A DNA stretch of 28,833 bases from Macrostomum lignano (taxonomy: Eukaryota). The position numbers and the translations under genes are program-made. The stretch covers positions 128,584 through 157,416 of the forward strand of contig NIVC01000774.1 of assembly GCA_002269645.1 (NCBI GenBank), given 5' to 3'. Below are positions 10,622 to 21,120 of the stretch, piece after piece (positions within the stretch are counted from its first letter, which is position 1; the number at the start of each line of letters is the position of its first letter). The notes under the pieces were generated by a model. That model had not been told where the DNA came from, did no database searches, and saw only the letters and a program-made list of their open reading frames with translations.

Positions 10622-11031
10622 CAGATGAAGAATCCAGCTCATGGCTGCGGGCCAGATAGAGTGAAAAGGAGAGAGCGAATAAAAGATAAGAGAAGAAAGA
10701 AGAAAGAGGCAAGAGATGGGATAAGAGAAGAATAAAAAAGATAAGAGGAAAGACAAGAGCGGAGACGAGAGAAGGGAGAGAGGGGAGAGAGAGAAAATGG
10801 GAGGGAGGGGAGGATATAGGAGTGGTAGAGAGAAGAGAGGAGAGAGGGAGAGAGAGGAGAGGGGGAGAGAGGGGAGTGGGGGGAGAGAAGAGGAGAGAGA
10901 AGAGAGAGGAGAGGAGAGACAAACCTTAAGCGAGCCAGATTGCTGTTGAAAAGCTTTAAAGGACCCTAGGGTCAGATAAAGATGCTTTGTAGGCCTCATG
11001 TGGCCCGCGGGCCGGATTTTGCCGACCCCTG
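10622..11031. mobile_element. Non-autonomous hAT (Charlie/Buster-like) element in MLCK intron 8
   Basis: Right end tggcccgcgggccggattttgccgacccctg is a typical Charlie-type terminus; the left end cagatgaag...gctgcgggccagatag is degenerate. The 8-bp TSD has a central TA: aactacat (10614-10621) / aactacct (11032-11039). Confidence 0.8.
10655..10920 (+). repeat. GA-rich polypurine tract inside the hAT element
   Basis: Almost exclusively G/A for ~265 nt; the ORFs here are low-complexity artefacts. Confidence 0.9.
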
Positions 11032-11101
11032 AACTACCTAAACTGCAATTTTTCAAGAAATTTGACAAATACCCCTCCTGGGGAAAGCTAAATTTACTTA
11101 C

Positions 11102-11179
11102 GTGCCACTTTCTGCGATAGACCCAGCTCTTCAAACGTCTTTTGCAGACATGGCCCTGGTGAGTGCTGGCTTCGGGGTC
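11102..11179 (-). CDS. MYLK: MLCK exon 8 (autoinhibitory segment and start of CaM-binding region)
   Basis: tttacag|DPEASTHQGHVCKRRLKSWVYRRKWH|gtaagt; 78 nt, phase 0/0; resembles smooth-muscle MLCK KKYMARRKWQK. Confidence 0.9.
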
Positions 11180-11284
11180 CTGTAAAGGAAATTATAGCGA
11201 CGCTTAATATCGTTCCGGTTCACGTGCACTCAAGAACAGCTGAATACTCGTACATTTGAAGCAAAATAATAAAGTGAAATTCAC

Positions 11285-11330
11285 CTTCAGCCAAGAGTGC
11301 CTCAGACACTGGCTTGCTGTGAGGCGACTC
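11285..11330 (-). CDS. MYLK: MLCK exon 7 (kinase subdomain XI)
   Basis: ttttag|(K)SRLTASQCLRHSWLK|gtgaat; 46 nt, phase 2/0; canonical RxTAxQCLxHxWL. Confidence 0.92.
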
Positions 11331-12710
11331 CTAAAATTGCAGGAATTGATCATTGTGTAACGGGAGAAAGCATGTACATCGGAAAGTTAAATGGCATATG
11401 CGTAGAATGTAAAAAATAGAAAGTTAAAATCAAAATAAAGATATTGGCCACACTCTTTACAGCATACTCAATGAGTGAGTGCATCAGCGATACGGCAAAT
11501 ATATGTACGAGTACGTTAAAGGAAACTACTATTTGCCATGAATAATGGGAAGAAACTAGCAAGGTGGAAGCGCAGAAAAGTTCCTATCATATGTTGTCCG
11601 TTTTGCTTGGCATTCTCTCGGTTAGTCTTTTCTTTTGCTATTTTCTTTCCTCTCTGGCGGTGTGCGCGTGATTGACGAACCGGCCGGTCCAGACTTGGGC
11701 GCTGGCTGCCTTGTCTATCTCTATTCCTGCGCACGCCAGACCCGTATCGACCAGGTTGCTGTTGACTACCCACTCACACACTCTCTCCGCACCTATAGGC
11801 TAAACATTATTTACTTGACCAATGGCACAGTCGTTATTCTTAACAAGTTCGACCACCTCAGTGCGAGAAATGATTAGAAAAGTGTTGCCTGAAGCTTATG
11901 CATTTATTATGCCTTCGGACAGAGAATAATGGTACCCTCAATAGTTTGTCGCGAATATGATGACACAAGCAAAGGCTGCTTTTCGATTCTGATAGATGAA
12001 AGAAGACTGCGCGCTGTCCAAAGCCGGCAAGCCGCTGTTTATCTGATCTGCAGATGAAAAATCCTATGCCAAAACTTGTACTTATCTGATACTTTTTTCC
12101 GGGGGGGGGCGCCGAAGAGTCATGTGCAATCGCAAATGCCAAAGCTGGTTTTGTCTGCCGACTACGGCCAGTAGAATTAGGATTATATGGAGTTTCTGCA
12201 GCCAAATTCGTTCGCAAGAAGGCTTTACGAAGGAGTTAACTTTTAACATATATATTAAAAATAGAGCTACGCGAAAAGTGTTAAGTCTGAAAAAAAGTTT
12301 TTTCTATTGCGTTGCAAGCAATCACGCAGAATTTCTAGGTGTTGTCGAGAAACGGGAGTTCTTCTTTTGAGCGATCTGGTCAAAGATTGCGGATGTACGG
12401 TCGGTTGCTCCCGGAAAGCAGAAAAAGAATTGACTAGTACACTTTGTAATCCTTATTGGAATGATAACGTTTACCTATTGAATTCGGTCTTTCTGGACGT
12501 GTACCAAGTATGATGCAAGGACCACTGTAGTATGACAGGACATAAAACCTAAAAATCGTGCATTTTAGGAGGCCAATTTCTTGGAAATAATACACTGCAT
12601 TACAAAATCAATGATTGCATTGGAATTGTGGCAGTGAAGATTACCATTTCTATAATTCTCAGTTATATTCTGTGTAGTTGTTGTTAAAGTTTTATTTTCC
12701 TATTGTTTTC

Positions 12711-12906
12711 TTTTTTCATAAGCCCAAAATCGTAAACACTCCAAGTGGCACTAGCTTAACTTTTCGTTTTGTTCATTCTTGAATCGAGTGTATTTGTAAT
12801 AAAAATGTTGCACGCAGGTATTTTAAAGCCACTATTTTGAAGGTACAATTCAATTTCAATGAAAATTAGTTCCTTCGTGCATACAACTTTGGGCTTATGA
12901 AAAAAA
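12711..12906. repeat. Imperfect ~24-bp inverted repeat (possible MITE remnant) in MLCK intron 6
   Basis: ttttttcataagcccaaaatcgta (12711-12734) versus tacaactttgggcttatgaaaaaa (~12882-12905); 18 contiguous complementary bases. Confidence 0.5.
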
Positions 12907-13140
12907 ACGAATTTTCCCTATTCTCCGCAGTGTATTTTTCCAAGAAATGGGCCTCCAAAAATTACACGATTAAAGAGCTTTACGTCCTTGTATACTAAAG
13001 TAGTCCTTGGTATGATGTGCGCCCTACATTCACCAAAAGTGCATTGCCGCATTGCAATGCCTGCATGTCTTTCCCGTACCCCACGGCGCCTCCAGATCTG
13101 GTTCGACTTTCAAATAAGCAAACGAATCGATTAAACTCAC

Positions 13141-13293
13141 TTGGCGTCCTTCTGCAGCAGGCGTCTGACAAAGTCCCTGGCATCGGCCGAGATCTCGTCA
13201 AATTCTGGGAACTCGAACGAGTAGGACACCTTCGCGATGTTGGAGTAGGTCTCGCCGTCATTGTCGCCCATGAAGGGAGACAGTCCGGAAAGG
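13141..13293 (-). CDS. MYLK: MLCK exon 6
   Basis: tttcag|LSGLSPFMGDNDGETYSNIAKVSYSFEFPEFDEISADARDFVRRLLQKDA|gtgagt; 153 nt, phase 2/2. Confidence 0.95.
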
Positions 13294-13384
13294 CTGAAAC
13301 GATACACAGATTTCCCTTTAATGAAGCTGCTTTGATGGTTTAGCATACTTTTATGGTGTATACTCAGTTGCTCAACCAAAATAT

Positions 13385-13765
13385 TGGTAAAAATTGCGGA
13401 GGGCTACGGGCACCCTAGTGCAACGCCTTCGGCCAGATCGTCTCACAACGGTGATGCAATTCTGCCCATTCCGCTGACCCCTGAGCACATGCGAGCGTAC
13501 CAGCGCGCACAATACTGTACGCAGACACGCACTCATGCACACGCTCCCACAGGGTGTAAGAGTACAGCGGCCCTGACTTTCTAATCGTCAGGCATGTACA
13601 CTCTCTGTGCCTTGGGGGCTGGCCCTCACGGCTGTGAATCGCACGACAACCTCCGGCTAATTTTACGTTCTCAAGCCGCAAATCAATTCTGCCGCACACA
13701 GATTCGAAGCAGGGGTCGTGACGCGAAAGTCAGAGCGGCTCTGCTACTATCAACCAACTGGATTA
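13385..13765 (-). mobile_element. tRNA-derived SINE, family B, copy B2 (MLCK intron 5)
   Basis: Head with B-box-like gcttcgaatct. The body gagggccagcccccaaggcacagagagtgtacatgcctgac...gtcagggccgctgtac and the 3' module tgctcaggggtcagcggaatgggcagaattgc match copies B3 and B4. Confidence 0.8.
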
Positions 13766-13778
13766 GTTAGCGACTCAC

Positions 13779-13972
13779 AGGACGTAGCAGATTACACCGA
13801 CGGACCACATGTCAGCAGGCGGACCGATCGACTCGTAGGCCAGCACCTCGGGCGACACGAACTCCGGCGTGCCGAACATGACGCGCAGGTCCGGGGCGCA
13901 GTAGCGGGACAGGCCGAAGTCGATGATCTTGATGCGGTAGCCGGTGCGAGTCAGGCACAGAATATTCTCCGG
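13779..13972 (-). CDS. MYLK: MLCK exon 5 (PEN, DFG, activation segment, DMWSVG)
   Basis: cccacag|PENILCLTRTGYRIKIIDFGLSRYCAPDLRVMFGTPEFVSPEVLAYESIGPPADMWSVGVICYV|gtgagt; 194 nt, phase 0/2. Confidence 0.95.
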
Positions 13973-14047
13973 CTGTGGGAGGTGGTCGGCAATTCGTTAA
14001 TGGAAACAGCCAGGCTTACAGTTATATTTAAATTCACAGATGCCAAC

Positions 14048-14189
14048 CTTAAGATCTAGGTGAATAACATTCTGCGAGTGGATGTACTCAATGCCCTCGC
14101 AGATCTCTCGCATGAACTTTTCGCACTTCGCTTCCGTCAGATCGAAGCTTTCATCGATGACCCGGTCAAATAGTTCACCGCCAGTTATG
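14048..14189 (-). CDS. MYLK: MLCK exon 4 (hinge to catalytic loop)
   Basis: ttccag|ITGGELFDRVIDESFDLTEAKCEKFMREICEGIEYIHSQNVIHLDLK|gttggc; HLDLKPEN is typical of the MLCK group; 142 nt, phase 2/0. Confidence 0.95.
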
Positions 14190-14210
14190 CTGGAATTAGA
14201 AATCAATTTC

Positions 14211-14433
14211 ATAATAATAATAATAATAATAAATAATCGCAAGAGGGTTGCGGGCACCCGGGCGCAACGTCTACGGTGACATCGTCCCGAAACCAGCGCT
14301 GTGGCAGTTCTGCCCACCCTGAGCACATACTACCGTACGCACTCGTAGACATGCTGACACATGGTGTGCGGTGTCAAACCAGAAGTCCTGATGCGGGAGT
14401 AAGACGCGTTTACCATTAAGCTACTCTGCCCCC
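14211..14433 (-). mobile_element. Short tRNA-derived SINE (family C) sharing the family-B 3' module, with (ATT)n tail
   Basis: Head ggggcagagtagcttaatggtaaacgcg...ggtttgacacc; then tgctcagggtgggcagaactgcc...gacgatgtc...ttgcgcccgggtgcccgcaaccc; tail (att)n at 14211-14233. Confidence 0.7.
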
Positions 14434-14569
14434 AGATCGGTGCTATTAGATGGTCTTTTTGCATTGTGAATATTTCGGCTAACAACTAGCTGGCCGGGAA
14501 ATTTTATACAAGTTTACAGTGAGTTAATTAGCGACTGTTTGCCGCCAGTTCGCCGCCAGAATCTCTATA

Positions 14570-14877
14570 GAGTTGTAGCCTAGTGGTCAGAGCGTCGGAC
14601 TCACGACTTGAAGGTCGGGGGTTCGATTCTCGACCCACTCGGAACAATTTGTGTCCCTGAGAAAGACACTTAACTCTGCATTGCTTCAGTTCACCCAACT
14701 GTAAAATGGGTGCCAGCATTAGCTGGGGTAATTGAGGGTATGTGTGGCAACCCCCCAGTCCTTGGACTGAACAGCCGTACGCGGCCTTCATATGCGCCGC
14801 GCAATAGCTGCGGCTGAGCTGTCGGTTGCATATCCGCCAATTTAAGCAGGTGTAATGAATTATTATTATTATTATTA
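14570..14877 (+). mobile_element. tRNA-derived SINE, family A (CORE-like), copy A2 with (ATT)n tail
   Basis: A box tagcctagtgg, B box ggttcgattc, CORE-like centre and (att)n tail; aligns end to end with 1098-1390. Confidence 0.9.
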
Positions 14878-14975
14878 CAGTGAAACAGCATTTTAATATT
14901 TGATAATACATGAGCCTCAGTTTACTGTAAATATGCATCTGATCAGCAGCCTAGAGGAGCTCCCCCGAAACTCAC

Positions 14976-15179
14976 AGCTCCAAGATGAGCACGTAGGTAT
15001 TTCGAAAAAAGTAGGCATCGTACAGCTGAAGCAGGCGCGGGTGCTTCAGCTTCTTCATGATGGCGATCTCGCTGCACACGTTCTCCTTGTCGTTTTCGCA
15101 AGAAGTGGCGACGTACTTGGCTGCGAACGGCTTTGAAGTGGACCTTTCGGTGCACTTGTGCACCTCGCCGAATCGGCCG
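14976..15179 (-). CDS. MYLK: MLCK exon 3 (Gly loop, ATP-binding Lys, helix C)
   Basis: gacag|GRFGEVHKCTERSTSKPFAAKYV...CSEIAIMKKLKHPRLLQLYDAYFFRNTYVLILE|gtgagt; 204 nt, phase 2/2. Confidence 0.95.
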
Positions 15180-15405
15180 CTGTCATTGGGATATTGTGCA
15201 GAAATTGATGCATAAATTCTATTAAATTACTAACAAAATCGAACATAGTTTGTATTCTAAACTTCTATTTTCTCCCATTTTCTCCCTAGACTCATTGCAC
15301 ACGCTTAGAAACGGTTTAATGATGATTAAAAACGGAATAAACTTGATTAAAAAATATATATGCTCTTTGATGTTGAGAAAAATTTTAAGAAACGATCTCA
15401 CTCAC

Positions 15406-15499
15406 TTCCCAATGACCTCCTCGATGATGTAGTCTTTTTCCACATTTCTGTTTTTCTTGATTTCCACCTTCTTCTTTAGCACATTCGGGTCCGTTTCGT
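15406..15499 (-). CDS. MYLK: MLCK exon 2
   Basis: cttttag|(D)ETDPNVLKKKVEIKKNRNVEKDYIIEEVIG(N)|gtgagt; 94 nt, phase 1/2; leads directly into GNGRFG. Confidence 0.9.
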
Positions 15500-16612
15500 C
15501 TAAAAGGTACAATTAACAGTTCGGCAATGGTCTGGAGACACGCAGGAATTTTCAGACAAGCGCATGCTGTCGCAGATAATTTATAGGTGCAGCTTTCCTC
15601 CGAGTTCAGGGCCTTATGGGTTGAACGGCTCATACATAAGTACTACTTGTAAATAAGTTAATTAACCTGTCTGACAGCCAAATATTTTGCATCAACCAAA
15701 TAGAGAAAAAGGGAAGGCAATGCCCAACAGTTGATAAACATATTTCTGGCATAGCATCGAACATCAACCGGCATCGAAATGAATGCGTATTCTGAAAAAT
15801 GCGGGTCGAAATCTGCCCGTCCTCCATTGCCAAAGTCAGCTTCCCACCCACACAGACACTGGGGACAGCAAAGAACAGAGCGGTTTCACTAAAAACACCA
15901 GATGGCCAGCCGCTTCCCGGATGCCATCGGATCCGAGTCACCCACCTTCGGCCTTCCAGCGCTTTTCAAACCCTATATGTGGACTGACTCGCACGATCCA
16001 TCAAAGGCACACGGGACGAGAGACCAAAAACTGCGGATAGCGCAAAGTCGGGTTACTCCCGTCTGCCCCCTGTCCACCCCCAGCTGCCCTCCACTGTGGC
16101 TCGCACTCTGTAGGGCAAAGATGCAGTACAGCTGCTTGCATTTGTTAGATATCAGCAGCGCAGTCACGGGACCCGTTGCCCCGTACCGGCCCTAGCTATC
16201 CTATCTCCTGCGTCTCAGTTTCTAATACCGCTTTAAAATCTCTCATGTGCATGCAGATTAGCATTGCCGACTCCCCAATGCCGCTCTCCATTCCCAAAGC
16301 GCATTTTTTAACGCAAAAACTGAGGCTAGCCACACAATCCTAGTGTTAAATGAAACCGCAGCACCCGTGGCCAATCCACCCGACCTATACACGTAGATGC
16401 CTTCAAAACATTGTTGCGTTGTATGCAAGTGTCAAGTGCTGCGTTGATTAGCTTTGGTTCCAGAGGCGTGGCCGAGGATACCCGATCTGCAGATCTGCAT
16501 ATCATTAAATGGCATTCACGAGTTGCCATATGACCACTGTAACTCGCCATTAAGCTGAAAATAGATGCTATATCAAATCATGGAGTCGAGCGACCGAAAT
16601 GATCGACAGTTG

Positions 16613-16826
16613 TGCAAGGACCACTAGAGGATATCGTTGTACTGTTGTAAAATACACCTATTCTAGAGCTTCTGAGGCTCGAAGGTAGTGCAAGTTTCTT
16701 TAAAACAATCGAGTAAGATGCTTTTTTGAAGGCAAGAATCGCCAAATACACATAAACAAGCGGGCCTTCAAATAATTTTGCAATATTTGCGTCCTGATAC
16801 AATGGTAACTTCTAGTGGTCCTTGCA
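16613..16826. mobile_element. 214-bp non-autonomous element with TG...CA ends, 16-bp perfect TIR and 4-bp TSD
   Basis: tgcaaggaccactaga (16613-16628) / tctagtggtccttgca (16811-16826), flanked by GTTG on both sides (16609-16612, 16827-16830). Confidence 0.8.
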
Positions 16827-17026
16827 GTTGTTCAAGACGTCAAGTAAGGGGACTAAATACGTATAGGTATAGTTTCAGTCAGAATATCGGGACTCAGTGT
16901 GTCAGACGCAAGGTCACGATCAAATTGCCATAGCATTATGACTGCCTTGTACATCATAAGTACTTTATAACAGTATCGAGAAGGCAATCTAGGTGTATTA
17001 ATGATGTTTCAACTGTAACTGCTCAC

Positions 17027-17090
17027 CCGGATCCACCTGAATCTCAACGGCGCCCTGCTTCTGGAAGGTTTTGAAGACGCTCTTCAGCAT
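17027..17090 (-). CDS. MYLK: Candidate first coding exon of MLCK
   Basis: aaaATG...MLKSVFKTFQKQGAVEIQVDP+g|gtgagc; phase 1 joins exon 2 as ...QVDPDETDP. The sum of exons gives a ~558-aa protein after correcting two tail frameshifts. Confidence 0.65.
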
Positions 17091-19553
17091 TTTATTACGC
17101 CAGGAGGAGGCTGTGTCAAGTCACGAATATGCAATTGATTCTGATTTTCCAGAGGCTTCTGTATTTTGCTGCTGGACTTGGAGCTTCTTAGGGAATGCCG
17201 TCTTCCATTGAGGCAATCCAGAAGTGAGTTCGCTGTGGCGTTGAGTTGCACAGTTACTGTTAAAGGTAAGACAGATTATTTTCGTATGGAAAATATCGCA
17301 TGAATAGTTTTACTAGTCATCCCTTGATCTTACGGATTTAGGGTTTATTAAGTATTAAAGCATTTAAAGTAGTAGGAAGAGTAGACTTGCTACTTGTGGC
17401 TGAGTAACAGACAACTTTGTCGCAACTTGTCAGGTAGAAAGTTTCATTTTTGCTCCTTTAGTGTCAAGCCTTTTATGCCCCGGAAACGACTAAAGTTTGC
17501 ATCTGCAGAATCTGTCGATCTGCAGAACTGGTAGCGGTCTCACACTGCTGCTAATCTCTAAAATCTACAATTGATAGCTTCATCGCCACCTTCTGCTTTT
17601 TTATCAGTAGATTTCAGTTATCTTGACCACAAATTACTGATTACGATTGTCTGGTGCTCTTTGCTACGACGTTAATGATTTGAGATCACTAAGCAGCTGG
17701 TAAATAAGAATGCAAGCCCAGTGAAAGCGGGAAGGCAAATGAACTAAAATGATTTTAAACAGAGATAGATGCCTTGTTTACCTGGTGGCGGCAACTCATA
17801 TAATCTGAAGGTCGCTCTGCCTGAAACTTAAATGCCGCGATCGCCTTTGGCTTTCTGATTATCCGCTCAGACCGGGTAATTAAAGACGGAAAGTCTCGCT
17901 CTGATGTATAACGTCTGCAAGGTTTTAGCTATGAGGCATGGATCCCCCAAGTCGGAATGACGGAGAAAAAAACGAAAAGGCGATTGGGAGGCCAGTTAAA
18001 CAGACGAAGAGAGAGAGAGAGAGAGATCTGGACGGGGATGCTGGAGGCAAAAGCTGCGTGCAGGCACAAATAGAGCAGCAGCGATAGAGCCAATGGCGGC
18101 ATGAATATACAAGCATCCGGGGGGAAGGTGGTCGCCCATCCGAAACTCTCGCGCATTCCACCAGCCCTCCCACGAAACCAGCCGCGCTTCGGATCCCCGC
18201 ACACTGATCTCCCGCGCTCCCAGCGCAAAGCTTGGGGAGAGGGATCCGAGAGTGGAGGAAGCAGCGGGGCCGCTACCCACCAGAGGCTGATTCTAGCATC
18301 TTCCCCTCGAAATCCCAGCAGTTCTCTGATTTCGTCTGCATATTGCAGGCTATAGGGCCAGCTACAACAGGCCGGAGCGGGGGCCCCAATCAATCGATCG
18401 CCCCGCCCCCCGCTTCTGTTACCTTTCGTTCCCCCTATCTCCATAAGCTTAACCCGCCGGCTCTTTCCTGACGCACACGCAGCTGCTAGCCTCTCCTCCA
18501 CTCGGTAATGAACGAAGCAGCTGAGGGGAGGGGGGGGTAATGATCGCATTAGAGGCAGCGCTGCAAGCAGCATGCAGGGAAGGATGCATATTGCATAGCC
18601 CCACTATTTTCTTCTCCTGTTTTCCCCTTCAAGCAGTCCTAGCTCGTTTGCCTTGCACATCGCAATCAATTTGCATTTCAAACAGCTATTTTTTCGGCAC
18701 TATGTGCACGAGACTGGCGGAACAATAAAAGTCTGTTGGCATTCCGTCCGTACACCGGAGGTGCAAATCCTCAAAAGCGTAACGCAGATTTCCACCCGTT
18801 TCATACAGTAAAAAACAGAATTGCATAGTACAGTAGGAAGGCTTTCAACTTCCCTACCCGAAATTCACCAAAACCTATTCGTATGGATCAGCAGATGAGC
18901 GACAGGCGAAATCTAACCGTCTGGCGAAAATATTTGTACCAAATTGCACCCCTATCCTGATATGGTGGTCAAACATGCATCATGTAAATTATTATCCTTT
19001 TTTCTAAAATTTCAAACTGCGAATAAAGGTTTAACGAGTACATAATTTTAGTTCGTAGAGATCAGAGTCGTAATGCATAACTCGAAATCTACGTATCTAA
19101 ATATATAACTACATATAAGTGTATGTACATTTTCAAAAGTTGAAAAAATCTTATTTTATCTTGATTACTCCTTGGCTTTGGATCAAGCTGACACTACGGA
19201 ATTACACTACGGAAAACTCAACACGCATACATGTATTGTATCGACTTTTCCAATGTTTGGATCGAAAGAAAAGCTTATTCTGACTAGTTGCAGCCATCGG
19301 AAGAATATTTAGTCTATTGGAAATACCTTTTTATATTAGTTTTTATATGGATTTTTATGTGCCAACTTATAGAGATTTTGTGGAAATAACTGATCTTTTT
19401 CGATATTTTGTACATATTAAATATATATGCCATTTAAGTAGATTGACTCGGCATAAATATAGGGCGATTAAAAGGTTTTTTAGCTGCTTAATTAGTTGGA
19501 ATTTACTAGACTTAGTTAAAATTAAATTTTAGTTGCAACAACCATTTTCTAAT

Positions 19554-19726
19554 TAGGCGTGTAGTAGCCAGGATTCACGTCAAGGTGGCTGGGACAGATC
19601 GAGAGACATCAATCCATCTCATTATTAAATGACGTGTAGAAACCAAAAGCAGATACAAAAGCAGTAAAAAATTATCTCCCCCAGGGAGACATGTCCCCGG
19701 TGTCCCCCCTCTTGGCTACGCCCCTA
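19554..19726. mobile_element. 173-bp hAT-type MITE
   Basis: Ends taggcgtgtagtagcca... / ...tggctacgccccta; perfect 8-bp TSD tttctaat at 19546-19553 and 19727-19734. Confidence 0.8.
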
Positions 19727-21120
19727 TTTCTAATTAAACTGAAATATTGTCTGTACATACCGTGTCCTTTATTACTTAAAGTTCTAAAATTCTAAAAACA
19801 ACTAACCGTGTAGAGGTCAACTTCTAGGTCTGCGTCTTATTTTTATTGTTTAATAATAATTCTCTTATCAGGCTAATAACAATATTTTCGATCTTCCTGT
19901 GAAATTTTTGTTTTTCTTTTTAAATGTTCAAAAGATACATTCTAAGAAATAGATGACATTTGATCGATTTGTACATAATTGAAAACTGCAATGCCGATTG
20001 TAATGATTGTAGTAAATAGGCATTTTAAGACTTTGTACTTGCTCACTACACTGGTGCTAGTATTTTTCCTCATTTACGCGTAGGCCTACACTGATTTTGG
20101 GTGATTAAATAGTTCACTAGGTGGCACAGCTTCCTGACTGAATTCATTTTGGTATAGCGGATTCAAGAATCAAAATAACTTGTGCGAATGCATATTAAGG
20201 CTTAGGTTTCCATTACAGCATGCCATAAGGCACAAGCAAGCCTTTTAAAAAATGAAGTTTTTTGTATATCATGTACATTGTCAGGCCGTTATACAATGTC
20301 AATGTCAATAGACGTCACATGAAAAGGAAAGCGAAAAAATGTGTAGCTAGACAGAAGTCTGTTGATACTATTTTGTGTATATATTTTTAACATCTACTTA
20401 TCAGGCAAATCTAGTTAGTAGTTGCCAGTGGTGTAACAGAAAATTTGTTGTCATTAAATTAAGAAAATATGCCAGTTTAACATAATAGATCCCATATTGT
20501 CAGGTAAATAAAAAGTTTTTTAGAAAATTTAATATATTGTTATATGAATACTTTATTTAAGGCTGTTCACACTGCCATCAAAGGAGGCCAATTTTCAATT
20601 GATTACACAAAATTTGATTTGATGATTAATGAATCCTTGACAATACTTCAGTTTTTCATGCCATTAGACCTATTCATCAATTGACTTTATGAGTGATTAC
20701 AAGCATTCACACTGCAATCAACTAACTGATACTAAGGAGAATGACTAGGCTAGGGTTTAAAAAAGGTGATGCAAGTTTTCTTATTGATTGCACAAGCAAT
20801 ATTGTGCGTATATATTGAAACTAAGCCTAAATTTTGTGTATATATTTTCAATAGATTTTAGAAAACTATTTTGTGCTCTGAATTCAATACCAATGTATAG
20901 TCTATATTAAAGTATAAAGGCTAGCACTCTTATTGACATAACTGGCTTAAGCTAATAAAAACCAAGCATAGTACAATTTTCTAATTGTCCTTTTTCCTAG
21001 TATTTAATTGTCAAGGTGCTGAAGGTTATATAAAATGAGATTTTCTTGCACCTTGTTACCAGGGGTTCTAGTGGCAATTAATAAGCATACTGTTTTTTCA
21101 TGCTTGCTCATTTCACTTGT

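Noticed and set aside
11148-11158. 11-nt + strand microexon (ttttgcag|acatggccctg|gtgagt)
   Set aside because: It lies antisense within MLCK exon 8, and no + strand gene spans it.
12995-13097. Alternative MLCK terminal exon (KSGGAVGYGKDMQALQCGNALLV...*)
   Set aside because: It lacks the subdomain XI Arg and HxW. The canonical exon SRLTASQCLRHSWLK is at 11285-11330 in the correct phase.
14570-14645. tRNA genes at SINE heads (also ~1100, ~13700-13765, ~14360-14433, ~25335-25396)
   Set aside because: A and B boxes are present, but the acceptor and anticodon stems do not close and each runs into a shared repeat body. They are SINE heads.
18423-18444. Alternative MLCK first exon (MEIGGTK+g|gtaaca)
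   Set aside because: It is phase-compatible but has a weaker donor and no family resemblance; 17027-17090 fits better. It cannot be excluded as a minor isoform.
17929-18573. 214-aa minus-strand ORF and overlapping GC-rich ORFs
   Set aside because: No recognisable domain or splice structure; it includes microsatellite-derived sequence and is more likely promoter or UTR DNA upstream of MLCK.
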